64,000 nucleotides of DNA from Burkholderiales bacterium. Its GTDB lineage: Bacteria > Pseudomonadota > Gammaproteobacteria > Burkholderiales > SG8-41. The stretch lies in contig JAUXYA010000032.1 in NCBI GenBank assembly GCA_030684405.1, forward strand, positions 238,764-302,763, in the 5' to 3' direction. Both the position numbers and the translations under genes were made by a program. Below, in pieces: positions 40,684 through 49,435 of the stretch (the first letter of the stretch is position 1; each line of letters begins with the position of its first letter). Below the pieces are notes generated by a model, which worked only from the letters and a program-made list of their open reading frames with translations, was not told the origin of the DNA and made no database searches.

Positions 40684-41391
40684 TCAGCCTGCCAGAGCGC
40701 GCAGATGTTGGACCGCGGCGTCGCGCGAATCAATGACCCGCTGGCGTGCGATGCGCTCCGCGGCGTCGCCGTCGCCGGCGCGAATCGCCAGCAGCAGACT
40801 TTGCCAGTTTTGCACCGACTGCTGTCGGCGCTGCGGCGTAGAGAGCCCGAGCCTCGTATAACGCACGGTCTGCACCGCGAGCGAGCCGAGGATGGCTTGC
40901 AGGCGATGGTTGCCAGCGGCTTGGGTCAGCAGCCGGTTCAGGCGCAACACGATGTCGATGTATTCGTCGCCAGGGCCGGGTAGAGCAGCGGTTTGGGCCA
41001 GTTTTTCGATGTCCAGCTCCAGTGTGGGGACCAATTCGGCCCGATGCGGCCCCTCAGCAATCAGGCGGTCACGCAGGCCGTTGAGCATGGCGCGGATATC
41101 GAAGATTTCGTTGACCTCTTCAATGCTGGGATTGGTGACCTGCGCGCCGCGCCGCGGCAGGATCATCACCAGCCCGTCTTTTTCAAGCAGCCGCAACGCT
41201 TCGCGTACCGGACCGCGGCTGACTTCGAACTCCTCGGCGACGCTCTGTTCCATGACGCGCTGGCCCGGACTGTAGGTGCCGGACACGATGCGCTCGGACA
41301 GCCGGGCAGCGATCTGCTCGGGCAGCGACTGAGTCAGCGGCGCTGACTGGCGCAGCGGCGGGAACATATCTGCGGCGGGGTTGGCGGGCAT
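40684..41391 (-). CDS. GntR/FadR-family transcriptional regulator (FCD ligand domain)
   Basis: N-terminal winged-HTH …QSVAEEFEVSRGPVREALRLLEKDGLV… and a helical C-terminal domain. It is divergent from the carboxylase operon. Confidence 0.85.
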   Translation of the reverse strand: MPANPAADMFPPLRQSAPLTQSLPEQIAARLSERIVSGTYSPGQRVMEQSVAEEFEVSRGPVREALRLLEKDGLVMILPRRGAQVTNPSIEEVNEIFDIRAMLNGLRDRLIAEGPHRAELVPTLELDIEKLAQTAALPGPGDEYIDIVLRLNRLLTQAAGNHRLQAILGSLAVQTVRYTRLGLSTPQRRQQSVQNWQSLLLAIRAGDGDAAERIARQRVIDSRDAAVQHLRALAG

Positions 41392-41465
41392 GGCAAACCG
41401 ATCTGGGAAAGGAGCAGGTTCAGTGGGGCTAATGCAATATGGACACCCTAGCCCTCATTTGTAGT

Positions 41466-41511
41466 ATTGTCAACAATCTTCTTGACAACAATGTGTGGTC
41501 GAGCATAGCAT
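41466..41511 (+). promoter_or_regulatory. Candidate operator plus sigma70 promoter for the carboxylase operon
   Basis: Inverted repeat ATTGTCAA-N8-TTGACAA(c), also readable as direct repeats TTG[T/A]CAACAAT 15 bp apart. The second half is a perfect -35 TTGACA (41482-41487) with a weak -10 TAGCAT 18 bp downstream. Confidence 0.35.
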
Positions 41512-41548
41512 TCAATCCGACACTTTCCCTATTTCTGAGGAGTTCCAT

Positions 41549-41770
41549 ATGGCCCGCATCGAAGTCAAATCTGAAATTACCGGTACCGTCTGGCAGCTTA
41601 AGTCCAAGCCTGGTGACAAAGTTGAAGGTGGCGATACCCTGATCGTGATCGAGTCCATGAAAATGGAAATCCCGGTGATTACCGAGGACGGCGGCACTGT
41701 TACAGAAATCCTGGTCAAGGAAAAAGACCCCGTATCTGAGGGGCAGGTAGTTGCCATTATCGAAGGGTGA
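41549..41770 (+). CDS. Stand-alone biotinyl/lipoyl carrier domain protein (BCCP-like, 73 aa)
   Basis: Biotinyl-domain sequence with the attachment motif …VIESMKMEIPV…. ATG at 41549 follows GAGGAG. It lacks the N-terminal region and linker of AccB. Confidence 0.8.
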   Translation: MARIEVKSEITGTVWQLKSKPGDKVEGGDTLIVIESMKMEIPVITEDGGTVTEILVKEKDPVSEGQVVAIIEG

Positions 41771-41836
41771 ATCCACCGTAGTTGTTAAAAAGTGAGCGCA
41801 TGCTCTTCTCTCAAGTGTGTGTACACATTGAGAATG

Positions 41837-41854
41837 TAACTATTTGTTTTTAAA
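41837..41854 (-). repeat. AT-rich 18-mer motif copy g (minus strand reads TTTAAAAACAAATAGTTA)
   Basis: Same family. It is an exact 14-nt inverted copy of 2131-2144 and ends 22 nt upstream of the CT-A ATG, which has no obvious SD. Confidence 0.7.
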
Positions 41855-41875
41855 TAATATTTATTAAAACGGGCT

Positions 41876-43444
41876 ATGAGCTGGCAACCTGAAATAGACG
41901 AATTGCACCGCCGGCGCCAATTGGCGGAGGCCTGTGGTGGTCCGGATGCCGTGGCCAAGCATCATGCCCAAGGCAAGTTGACCGTGCGTGAGCGCATTGC
42001 CGGACTCACTGATCACGGCTCATTTCGTGAAATCGGCAAACTCGCTGGCAAAGCCAAATACGATGCCAACGGCCAGCTGACTGGCTTCGAACCCGCGCCT
42101 TATGTGATGGGTGTGGCACGGATTGATGGTCGACCGGTGGCGATAGGCGGCGAGGATTACACGATTCGCGCTGGCACCGGATTCGGTAGCGACCGGCGCA
42201 AGGGTGGGCAGGGTGGTTTCATCGAAGACCTTGCTTACGAATACCGAATTCCGCTGGTCAATCTGATCGACGGCACTGGCGGTACGGTCAATACCGCCAA
42301 GCGCAAGGGCTACACCGTGGTGCCGGGTTATGGCCAAGACGGCATGGAGCGCTCCGCCGATTTGCTGGGCATCGTGCCGGTGGTCAGTGCGGTGATGGGT
42401 ACCACCGCGGGCGGACCGTCGATGCGTGCGATCCTGTCACACTGGTCGATCATGGTCAAAGGCAGCGGGCAGATTTTTGCTGCCGGACCGCCGGTGGTCG
42501 AACGCGCGTTCGGCCACAAATTGCACAAGGATGAACTCGGCGGCACCAAGGTTGCGGTCGACACCGCAGGTACCATCGACAACGTCGCTGAAAACGAGCA
42601 GGACTGCTTTGAACAGATCCGCCGCTTTCTGTCGTACATGCCGCAGAACGTGTGGGAATTGCCCCCGCAGGTGGATTGCGGCGACCCGGTGGATCGCTGC
42701 GAGGACGCGTTGGCCAGCATCGTGCCGCGCTCGAATCGCCAAGCCTACAACATGAAGAAGCTGCTGGGCCTGATCGTCGACCGCGATTCATTGTTCGAGA
42801 TCCAGCCGACTTTCGGCAAGGCCGTGATCACCTCGCTGGCGCGGATGAATGGCAAGGTCGTCGGCATTGTCGCCAGCAACCCGATGGTCGGCGGCATCAT
42901 GGATTTCAAGGCGGCGCGCAAGCAGGGCCACTTCACCGAACTCTGCGACATGTTCAACATTCCGATCATCCTGTTCGCGGATATCCCGGGCCTGATGGTC
43001 GGCGTCGAGTCCGAGTCAGATGCAATCCTGCGTGAAGGAGTGCGTGCCCGCTACATCGGATTCCAGGTCAGTGTGCCGGTGTTTTCAGTGCTGATCCGCA
43101 AATGTTATGGCGTGGCCGGCGGTGGATTCATCGACCGCGGCGGCCTCAATTTCAAGATCGCTTGGCCCTCGGCTGAATGGGGTTCGCTACCGGTCGAAGG
43201 CGGTGTCAAGGCGGCGTACCGCCGCGAAATCGAACGCGCAGCGGATCCAGCCGCACGCGAGCAGGAACTCGAGGCCGAGTTGAAGCAACTCGCTTCGCCA
43301 TTCCGCACCGCCGAAGCTTTTGCCATCGAAGACATCATCGATCCGCGCGAGACGCGACCCTACCTCTGCCAGTTCATTGACACCCTGCAGGGTAGGCTGC
43401 GTTCGCAGCTCGGTCCGAAATTCAAAAGCGGCGTCAGGCCCTGA
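41876..43444 (+). CDS. Acyl-CoA carboxylase carboxyltransferase subunit (paralog A)
   Basis: 522 aa with full-length PccB/AccD5-type two-domain crotonase-fold carboxyltransferase similarity. Confidence 0.88.
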   Translation: MSWQPEIDELHRRRQLAEACGGPDAVAKHHAQGKLTVRERIAGLTDHGSFREIGKLAGKAKYDANGQLTGFEPAPYVMGVARIDGRPVAIGGEDYTIRAGTGFGSDRRKGGQGGFIEDLAYEYRIPLVNLIDGTGGTVNTAKRKGYTVVPGYGQDGMERSADLLGIVPVVSAVMGTTAGGPSMRAILSHWSIMVKGSGQIFAAGPPVVERAFGHKLHKDELGGTKVAVDTAGTIDNVAENEQDCFEQIRRFLSYMPQNVWELPPQVDCGDPVDRCEDALASIVPRSNRQAYNMKKLLGLIVDRDSLFEIQPTFGKAVITSLARMNGKVVGIVASNPMVGGIMDFKAARKQGHFTELCDMFNIPIILFADIPGLMVGVESESDAILREGVRARYIGFQVSVPVFSVLIRKCYGVAGGGFIDRGGLNFKIAWPSAEWGSLPVEGGVKAAYRREIERAADPAAREQELEAELKQLASPFRTAEAFAIEDIIDPRETRPYLCQFIDTLQGRLRSQLGPKFKSGVRP

Positions 43445-43464
43445 TTATCCAAAGGAGAATTGCA

Positions 43465-44448
43465 ATGAAAAAAATCATCTTCAACGTGCTGACCGGCGCC
43501 TGTGTATTGCTGGCGGCAACGGCGGCCCCGGCGCAGACTGCGTGGAAGCCGGAACGCAATGTTGAAATTATTTCCGGCACCGCCGCCGGTGGTGCCGTGG
43601 ACCGTGCCAACCGCGCGGTGCAGCGCATCTGGCAGGAAAAGAAAATCGTCGACGTCAGCACCACAGTGATGAACAAGCCGGGGGGTGGCAACACCATCGC
43701 CTGGAACTACATTAACCAGCATGCCGGCGATGGTCACTATGTTTCGATTGCGCCGTTCACGCTGCTCACCAACAAACTGGTCGGCACCAGCCCAATGACC
43801 TGGAGTGATTTCACGCCGATTTCATTGCTGTTCAACGAGTACATGACGGTGGCGGTGCGGGCGGATTCGCCAATCAAAACCGGTGCCGATCTCATCGAAC
43901 GCCTGAAAAAGGATCCTTCTTCGCTATCGATCGCCGTGGCCAGCACCCTCGGCAACCATATCCACATCGGCATTGCCAAGGCCATGAAGGCCGGCGGCGT
44001 CGACATCCGCAAGATGAAAGTGATTGCCTTCAAATCCTCGGGAGAATCGATGACCAATCTGCTGGGTGGCCATATCGACGTCGTGTCTTCAAGTACGCCG
44101 AATGTCGTCGCACAACTGCAGGCCGGCAAGATCCGTGTCATTGCTATTTCATCGGCGCAACGCATGTCTGGGGTATTCGCGACGGTACCCACCTGGAAAG
44201 AGCAGGGAATCGACGGCGTGTTTTCCGCATCCCAGGGTGCCATTGGACCCAAAGGGCTGAATGCCGGCCAGATTGCCTTCTGGGAAGGGGCATTCCAGAA
44301 ACTGTCTCAATCTGACGAGTGGAAAAAAGAACTGGCCGCGAGTTACTGGGATTCCAATTTCCTGTCAAGCAGGGAGACCGCGAAATTTTATGAAACGCAG
44401 GCAGCCGAACTGCGCAACATACTGATGGACATCGGGCTCATCAAATAA
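43465..44448 (+). CDS. Bug/TctC-family periplasmic substrate-binding protein 1
   Basis: Signal peptide and typical Bug N-terminus (…NVEIISGTAAGGAVDRANR…); 327 aa. Confidence 0.85.
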   Translation: MKKIIFNVLTGACVLLAATAAPAQTAWKPERNVEIISGTAAGGAVDRANRAVQRIWQEKKIVDVSTTVMNKPGGGNTIAWNYINQHAGDGHYVSIAPFTLLTNKLVGTSPMTWSDFTPISLLFNEYMTVAVRADSPIKTGADLIERLKKDPSSLSIAVASTLGNHIHIGIAKAMKAGGVDIRKMKVIAFKSSGESMTNLLGGHIDVVSSSTPNVVAQLQAGKIRVIAISSAQRMSGVFATVPTWKEQGIDGVFSASQGAIGPKGLNAGQIAFWEGAFQKLSQSDEWKKELAASYWDSNFLSSRETAKFYETQAAELRNILMDIGLIK

Positions 44449-44451
44449 GTC

Positions 44452-45675
44452 GTGAGCACAATCCCACAGGGTCCGCTGTCTGGTTATCGCGTGCTGGAAA
44501 TGGGATCCACCATCGCCGGGCCGTTTTGCGGGCGGCTTTTCGCCGATTTCGGAGCCGAGGTCATCAAGATCGAACCACGCGAAGGTGATGGCGTACGTTC
44601 GGCGGGTAAGCGCTACAGGGGCAAGTCGCTGTACGCAGCGAGCATTCTGCGCAACAAAAAACTGATATCCGTCGATCTGCGCCATGCCAAGGGCCAGGAA
44701 TTGGTGCGCAGGCTGGTGCCGCAATGCGATGTGGTGATAGAGAATTTCCGACCCGGCGGGCTGGAGAAATGGGGGCTGGGTTATGCCGATCTGTCCCGCC
44801 TGCGTCCGGACCTGGTGATGGTGCGCATCAGCGGCTTCGGGCAGACCGGCCCATACAGTGCACGCCCCGGCTACGGCATCATCTGCGAAGCGGCAAGCGG
44901 GCTGCGCCATCTGACCGGCGATCCGGACCGGCCACCGGCGCGCGTTGCCGTGGCGCTGACGGATTACATTACCGGATTGTATGCCGCGTTCGGCGCGGTG
45001 ATGGCGCTGCTGCATCGCAATCGTACCGGTGAAGGGCAATATGTCGATGCGGCGTTGGCCGAAGGCGCATTCAGTTTTATAGAACCGCACATACCCGCCT
45101 TCGACAAGCTCGGCGAAATCGCCAACCGTGCCGGTTCCGGGATTGCCGGAAGTGTGCCGAACAATCTGTATGCAACCGCCGATGGACAGTTCGTGCACAT
45201 CCAGGCAGCGCAGAACACGGTATTCCGCCGATTTGCGCCGGCCATTGGTCGACCCGAACTGTCCGCCGACGAGCGTTTTATCAACGCGATTGCGCGCGGC
45301 CGGCATCAGCAGGAACTGGATGACATCGTGGCGGAATGGGCCGGCAAACATACGCTGGCGGATATCCGCAAGGCGCTGGATGCGGTGGATGTTCCGGCGA
45401 TGGGCATCAATAACGTCGCCGACATATTCCTCGACCCGCATTTTCGTGAACGCGGCATGCTCGCTGAAGTGCCCGATGATGATCTCGGCGCGGTGACGTT
45501 GACCGGTGTCGTGCCCAAACTTTCGCGTACCCCCGGGCATATCCGCAAAAGCGGCGGCCGCGTTGGACAGGACACGCGCAGCGTGCTGAAACAGCTGGGT
45601 CTCAGCGCCGCCGAGCTGCAGGCCTTGGAAGCCGAGGGCGTGGTCTACTGCGATTCCGGGTCCGCCGCCGCATGA
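44452..45675 (+). CDS. Family III CoA-transferase (CaiB/BaiF type)
   Basis: N-terminal PLSGYRVLEMGSTIAGPFCGRLFADFGAEVIKIE signature and a GTG start; 407 aa. Confidence 0.88.
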   Translation: MSTIPQGPLSGYRVLEMGSTIAGPFCGRLFADFGAEVIKIEPREGDGVRSAGKRYRGKSLYAASILRNKKLISVDLRHAKGQELVRRLVPQCDVVIENFRPGGLEKWGLGYADLSRLRPDLVMVRISGFGQTGPYSARPGYGIICEAASGLRHLTGDPDRPPARVAVALTDYITGLYAAFGAVMALLHRNRTGEGQYVDAALAEGAFSFIEPHIPAFDKLGEIANRAGSGIAGSVPNNLYATADGQFVHIQAAQNTVFRRFAPAIGRPELSADERFINAIARGRHQQELDDIVAEWAGKHTLADIRKALDAVDVPAMGINNVADIFLDPHFRERGMLAEVPDDDLGAVTLTGVVPKLSRTPGHIRKSGGRVGQDTRSVLKQLGLSAAELQALEAEGVVYCDSGSAAA

Positions 45676-45682
45676 GTTGATA

Positions 45683-45700
45683 TACCTATTTGTTTTAAAA
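45683..45700 (-). repeat. AT-rich motif copy h (minus strand reads TTTTAAAACAAATAGGTA, weaker)
   Basis: Shares CTATTTGTTTT(T/A)AAA with 41840-41854 and has two mismatches to the family consensus. It lies 41 nt upstream of the CT-B ATG. Confidence 0.5.
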
Positions 45701-45741
45701 ATTTTTCATCAGTTTCCAGTTGTTAATCCGGAGCAGTCATC

Positions 45742-47277
45742 ATGGCATTTGAAGCACTGTTGCAGGAGTACGAAGCGCGCCGCGCCAGGGCGTTGGCCGG
45801 CGGCGGCGAAGAGAAATACGCCAGGCGCACGGCCAAGGGTGTGTGGAATGCGCGTCAGCGCATCGACTATCTGATGGATCCAGGCTCGTTCATCGAATCC
45901 GGGCTGTTTGCCTCCTCCGGCGTCTATCCGGAGCAGGAAGCTGAAACCCAGACCGACGGCAAGCTGGCCGGATTCGGCCGCATCCAGGGCCGCGACGTTT
46001 GCGCCGTGATCAACGATTTCACCGTCAAAGGCGCATCCACCTCAGCCACCAACAGCAAGAAAATCGCGCATATGAAGCGCACCGCGATCGAGCGCGGCAT
46101 GCCGCTGGTGCTGATCGGTGAATCCACCGGTGCGCGCTTGCCTGACGCGATGGGCTCTCGCGGCATGGGTCTGCTGCTCGGTAATGACAACACCCAGTTT
46201 CGCCGCCTGCGCGAAGTGCCCACCGCGGCCGCGGCTTTCGGCCCTTCCTTCGGTTCCTCGACCTGGCTGATGTGTCAGTCCGACTTCGCGATCATGCACA
46301 AGAGCGCGATCATGGCGGTGTCCAGTCCCGGACTGGTGTCGATGGCGCTGGGCGAGAAGGTTTCTGCCGAGGAACTTGGCGGGTGGCGCCTGCATGCTGA
46401 AACCACGGGGCTGATTGACCAGTTTGCCGACACCGAGGAAGAGGTGTTCGACCAGATCAAGAAATTCCTGTCGTACATGCCCAACCACCACCGTGAAGCG
46501 CCGGCCGACGCGCCGGTGCCGGCGGGTTCCGGTGCCGACATGGAGAAAGTGTTCGACATCCTGCCCGAGAGCCGCACCCAGGTGTATGACATGAAGCGGG
46601 TGATCAAGTGCATCGTCGACAAGGACTCGCTGTTTGAAATGAAGCCGCGTTTCGGCAAGAGCGCAGTTACCGCGCTGGCTCGTCTCGGCGGCAAATCGGT
46701 GGGCATCATCGCCAACAACCCGTTGCATCGCGGCGGCGCACTCGACGCCGATGCCTGCCGCAAGATCGTCGATTTCATCGTGATGTGCGATTCGTTCAAC
46801 ATCCCCTTCGTGATGCTGGTCGACACCCCGGGCTTCCAGATTGGCACCGAAGCCGAACGCGCCGGTGCACCGGGGAAGATCATGAATTTCATGAACGCGA
46901 TGACCCTGGTTACCGTGCCGCACCTGACGGTGATCGTGCGCAAGAGTTATGGTCGTGCCTACGTCTGTATGGGCGGCGGACGACATTCCGACGAAGTGGC
47001 GGCCTGGCCCAGCGCCGAAGTCAGCTTCATGAGTCCGGATTTTGCGACCAAGATCGTCCACGGCGTCGGCCACGGCGAGCCGGGCTTCGAGGAAGCGCTG
47101 GCCGATATTCGCAAGGGCGCCGATGTCTGGGGCCTGGCCGCGGTGTACGCCACGCAGTCGGTGATCAAGCCGCAGGATACCCGCGACTACCTGGTCCGCA
47201 TGCTCGACATCTACAGGCTGCGCATGACCAAAGGCGTCGGACAGCACCTGATGCGCAGCTGGCCGACGAGTTATTGA
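45742..47277 (+). CDS. Acyl-CoA carboxylase carboxyltransferase subunit (paralog B)
   Basis: 511 aa of the same PccB-type family as 41876-43444 but clearly divergent. SD GGAG lies upstream. Confidence 0.88.
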   Translation: MAFEALLQEYEARRARALAGGGEEKYARRTAKGVWNARQRIDYLMDPGSFIESGLFASSGVYPEQEAETQTDGKLAGFGRIQGRDVCAVINDFTVKGASTSATNSKKIAHMKRTAIERGMPLVLIGESTGARLPDAMGSRGMGLLLGNDNTQFRRLREVPTAAAAFGPSFGSSTWLMCQSDFAIMHKSAIMAVSSPGLVSMALGEKVSAEELGGWRLHAETTGLIDQFADTEEEVFDQIKKFLSYMPNHHREAPADAPVPAGSGADMEKVFDILPESRTQVYDMKRVIKCIVDKDSLFEMKPRFGKSAVTALARLGGKSVGIIANNPLHRGGALDADACRKIVDFIVMCDSFNIPFVMLVDTPGFQIGTEAERAGAPGKIMNFMNAMTLVTVPHLTVIVRKSYGRAYVCMGGGRHSDEVAAWPSAEVSFMSPDFATKIVHGVGHGEPGFEEALADIRKGADVWGLAAVYATQSVIKPQDTRDYLVRMLDIYRLRMTKGVGQHLMRSWPTSY

Positions 47278-47365
47278 GTCTTCGTGAAACGCGGAGCGCG
47301 CACCCAACACCCAATGGCCGCGGTCCACGTTTCTTTTTTCATTCTGTTTCCGGAATCCGCCCCCG

Positions 47366-48715
47366 ATGTTCAATAAAGTACTGGTTGCAAACCGCGGCGC
47401 TGTCGCTGTCCGCGTGCTGCGTGCGCTGAACGAGATGAATATCCACTCGGTTGCAGTGTATTCAGAGGCCGATCGCCACGCCCCTTACCTCGAAATGGCA
47501 AGTCAAACCTTTGCCATCGGAGCCGCTCCCGCGCGCGAGAGTTACCTCAACCAGGACACCATCATCGATGTCCTGAAAAGTTCCGGTGCGGACGGCCTGC
47601 ATCCCGGTTACGGCTTTCTTTCTGAAAACGCTTCCTTCGCACAAAAGGTGATTGACGCTGGCGGGAGTTTCATCGGGCCGTCGCCGAAATGGATAGACGC
47701 GATGGGCCACAAGACGCGCGCCCGGGATATCGCCGCGCAGTACGGCATGCCGATGTCCCAAGGCTCCGGCGTGCTACCCGATGACAACGACGCCATTATC
47801 GCGGCTGCCCGCAAAATCGGCTTCCCTGTGCTGGTGAAGCCGGCGGGCGGCGGTGGCGGTATCGGCATGCTGCCGGCGAAAGACGAGGCGGAACTGCTCA
47901 CAGCGGTGGAGCGCTCGCGCTCGATGGCGGGCCGCGGTTTCGGCACCACCGAAGTCTATCTTGAGAAATTGATCGAGCGGCCGCGCCATGTCGAATTCCA
48001 GATTCTCGGCGATCAGCACGGCGGAGCCATGCACCTGTTTGAACGTGACTGCTCCACCCAGCGCCGCAACCAGAAGGTGATCGAGGAGGCGCCGGGTCCG
48101 GAGATTCCGCGCGACAAGGCGGTTGCCGTCGCCGATCAGATTGCCGGCATCATGCGCAGCATGGGCTACGACAACATCGGCACCGTCGAAATGCTGCTCG
48201 GCGCCGACGGCTCCTTCAACTTCCTCGAAATGAACACGCGGCTGCAGGTCGAGCACGGCGTCACCGAGGAAGTCACCGGCGTTGACCTCGTCCGTGCGCA
48301 AATCCGTTCCGCCGCCGGTGAAAAACTCGCCGACATCCTGCCGGGTAAACCGGAAGTGAAGGGCCATGCGATCCAGGCGCGGGTTTATGCTGAAGACCCG
48401 AAGAATTTTTTCCCGTCGCCGGGCAAGTTGACGGTGTTCCGGCCACCCGAAGGCGAGGGCATCCGTGTCGACACCGGTTATGCCGAAGGCAGGGATGTGA
48501 CGCCGCATTACGACCCGATGATTGCCAAAGTCATCGTGCGCGCGGCGACCCGCGCCGCGGCGATCGACAAGCTGATCGAGGCGCTCAACGGTTTTGACAT
48601 CCAGGGTCTGAAGCACAACATTCCGGCGGTGGTGAACATCCTGAACTCAGCGCAGTTTCGTGAAGGGCGGGTGCACACCGGCATTATTGGCGAAGTGACT
48701 GGTAGAAAAATATGA
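47366..48715 (+). CDS. Biotin carboxylase (AccC-type, no fused BCCP)
   Basis: 449 aa starting MFNKVLVANRG with an ATP-grasp core; full-length AccC similarity. Confidence 0.93.
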   Translation: MFNKVLVANRGAVAVRVLRALNEMNIHSVAVYSEADRHAPYLEMASQTFAIGAAPARESYLNQDTIIDVLKSSGADGLHPGYGFLSENASFAQKVIDAGGSFIGPSPKWIDAMGHKTRARDIAAQYGMPMSQGSGVLPDDNDAIIAAARKIGFPVLVKPAGGGGGIGMLPAKDEAELLTAVERSRSMAGRGFGTTEVYLEKLIERPRHVEFQILGDQHGGAMHLFERDCSTQRRNQKVIEEAPGPEIPRDKAVAVADQIAGIMRSMGYDNIGTVEMLLGADGSFNFLEMNTRLQVEHGVTEEVTGVDLVRAQIRSAAGEKLADILPGKPEVKGHAIQARVYAEDPKNFFPSPGKLTVFRPPEGEGIRVDTGYAEGRDVTPHYDPMIAKVIVRAATRAAAIDKLIEALNGFDIQGLKHNIPAVVNILNSAQFREGRVHTGIIGEVTGRKI

Positions 48716-49419
48716 TTACAAATCAAGAAGATACAATCGTTTCGAAGGCGCGCCGCGCAGGCCGCAATGCACTCGACGAAAACGCGGGCAAGCAGCTGCT
48801 TGCGAGCTATGGCATCCGCGTGCCGCAATCGCGGGTGGCAAAAGGACTTGCCGATGTCGACGCCGTGATGAATGGCCTGCAGCTGCCGGTGGTGGTCAAG
48901 GTGATGTCGCCGGACATCCTGCACAAGAGCGATGCCGGCGGCGTCAAAGTCAATCTGCAGTCTGCCGCCGAAGTGAAATCGGCGATCGAGGGCATGCTCA
49001 ATGCGCCGAAAATCAAGGGTGCGCGCATCGAGGGCTTCCTGGTCGAGGAAATGGCGCCGGCCGGCCATGAACTGGTGATCGGCGGTTTGCGCGATCCGCA
49101 GTTCGGGCCATTGGTGATGGTTGGCCTCGGCGGCATTTTTGTCGAGATCCTCAAGGACGTTTCGTTCCGGCTGTGCCCGATCGCGCGCATCGATGCCGAG
49201 GAGATGCTGGCCGAACTCAAGGGTGTGGCGATACTGAAGGGCGCTCGTGGCAGCAAACCCGCATCGCAGGAAGCGATCATCGACGTGCTGCTCAAGGTGG
49301 GCGGCGAAAACGGTCTCCTGATGCAGCATGCCGCTGACATCAGCGAAGCCGACATCAATCCGCTGATCGTGTCCGACACCGCGGCCGTAGCCGTCGACGC
49401 CCGCTTCATCCTCGGATGA
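48712..49419 (+). CDS. ATP-grasp domain protein (beta-like part of ADP-forming acyl-CoA synthetase)
   Basis: 235 aa resembling the ATP-grasp_5 module of acetate--CoA ligase (ADP-forming). ATGA overlap with the biotin carboxylase stop. Confidence 0.75.
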   Translation: MITNQEDTIVSKARRAGRNALDENAGKQLLASYGIRVPQSRVAKGLADVDAVMNGLQLPVVVKVMSPDILHKSDAGGVKVNLQSAAEVKSAIEGMLNAPKIKGARIEGFLVEEMAPAGHELVIGGLRDPQFGPLVMVGLGGIFVEILKDVSFRLCPIARIDAEEMLAELKGVAILKGARGSKPASQEAIIDVLLKVGGENGLLMQHAADISEADINPLIVSDTAAVAVDARFILG

Positions 49420-49435
49420 TCACAGGAAATTAAGC

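Noticed and set aside
41810-41832. Perfect 10-bp palindrome TGTGTACACA (41818-41827) with CTCAA…TTGAG flanks, in the carrier/CT-A spacer.
   Set aside because: The flanking arms are out of register with the central palindrome. A 10-bp palindrome in a roughly 100-nt spacer is not very improbable, and I found no second copy. It is mentioned only as a possible site.
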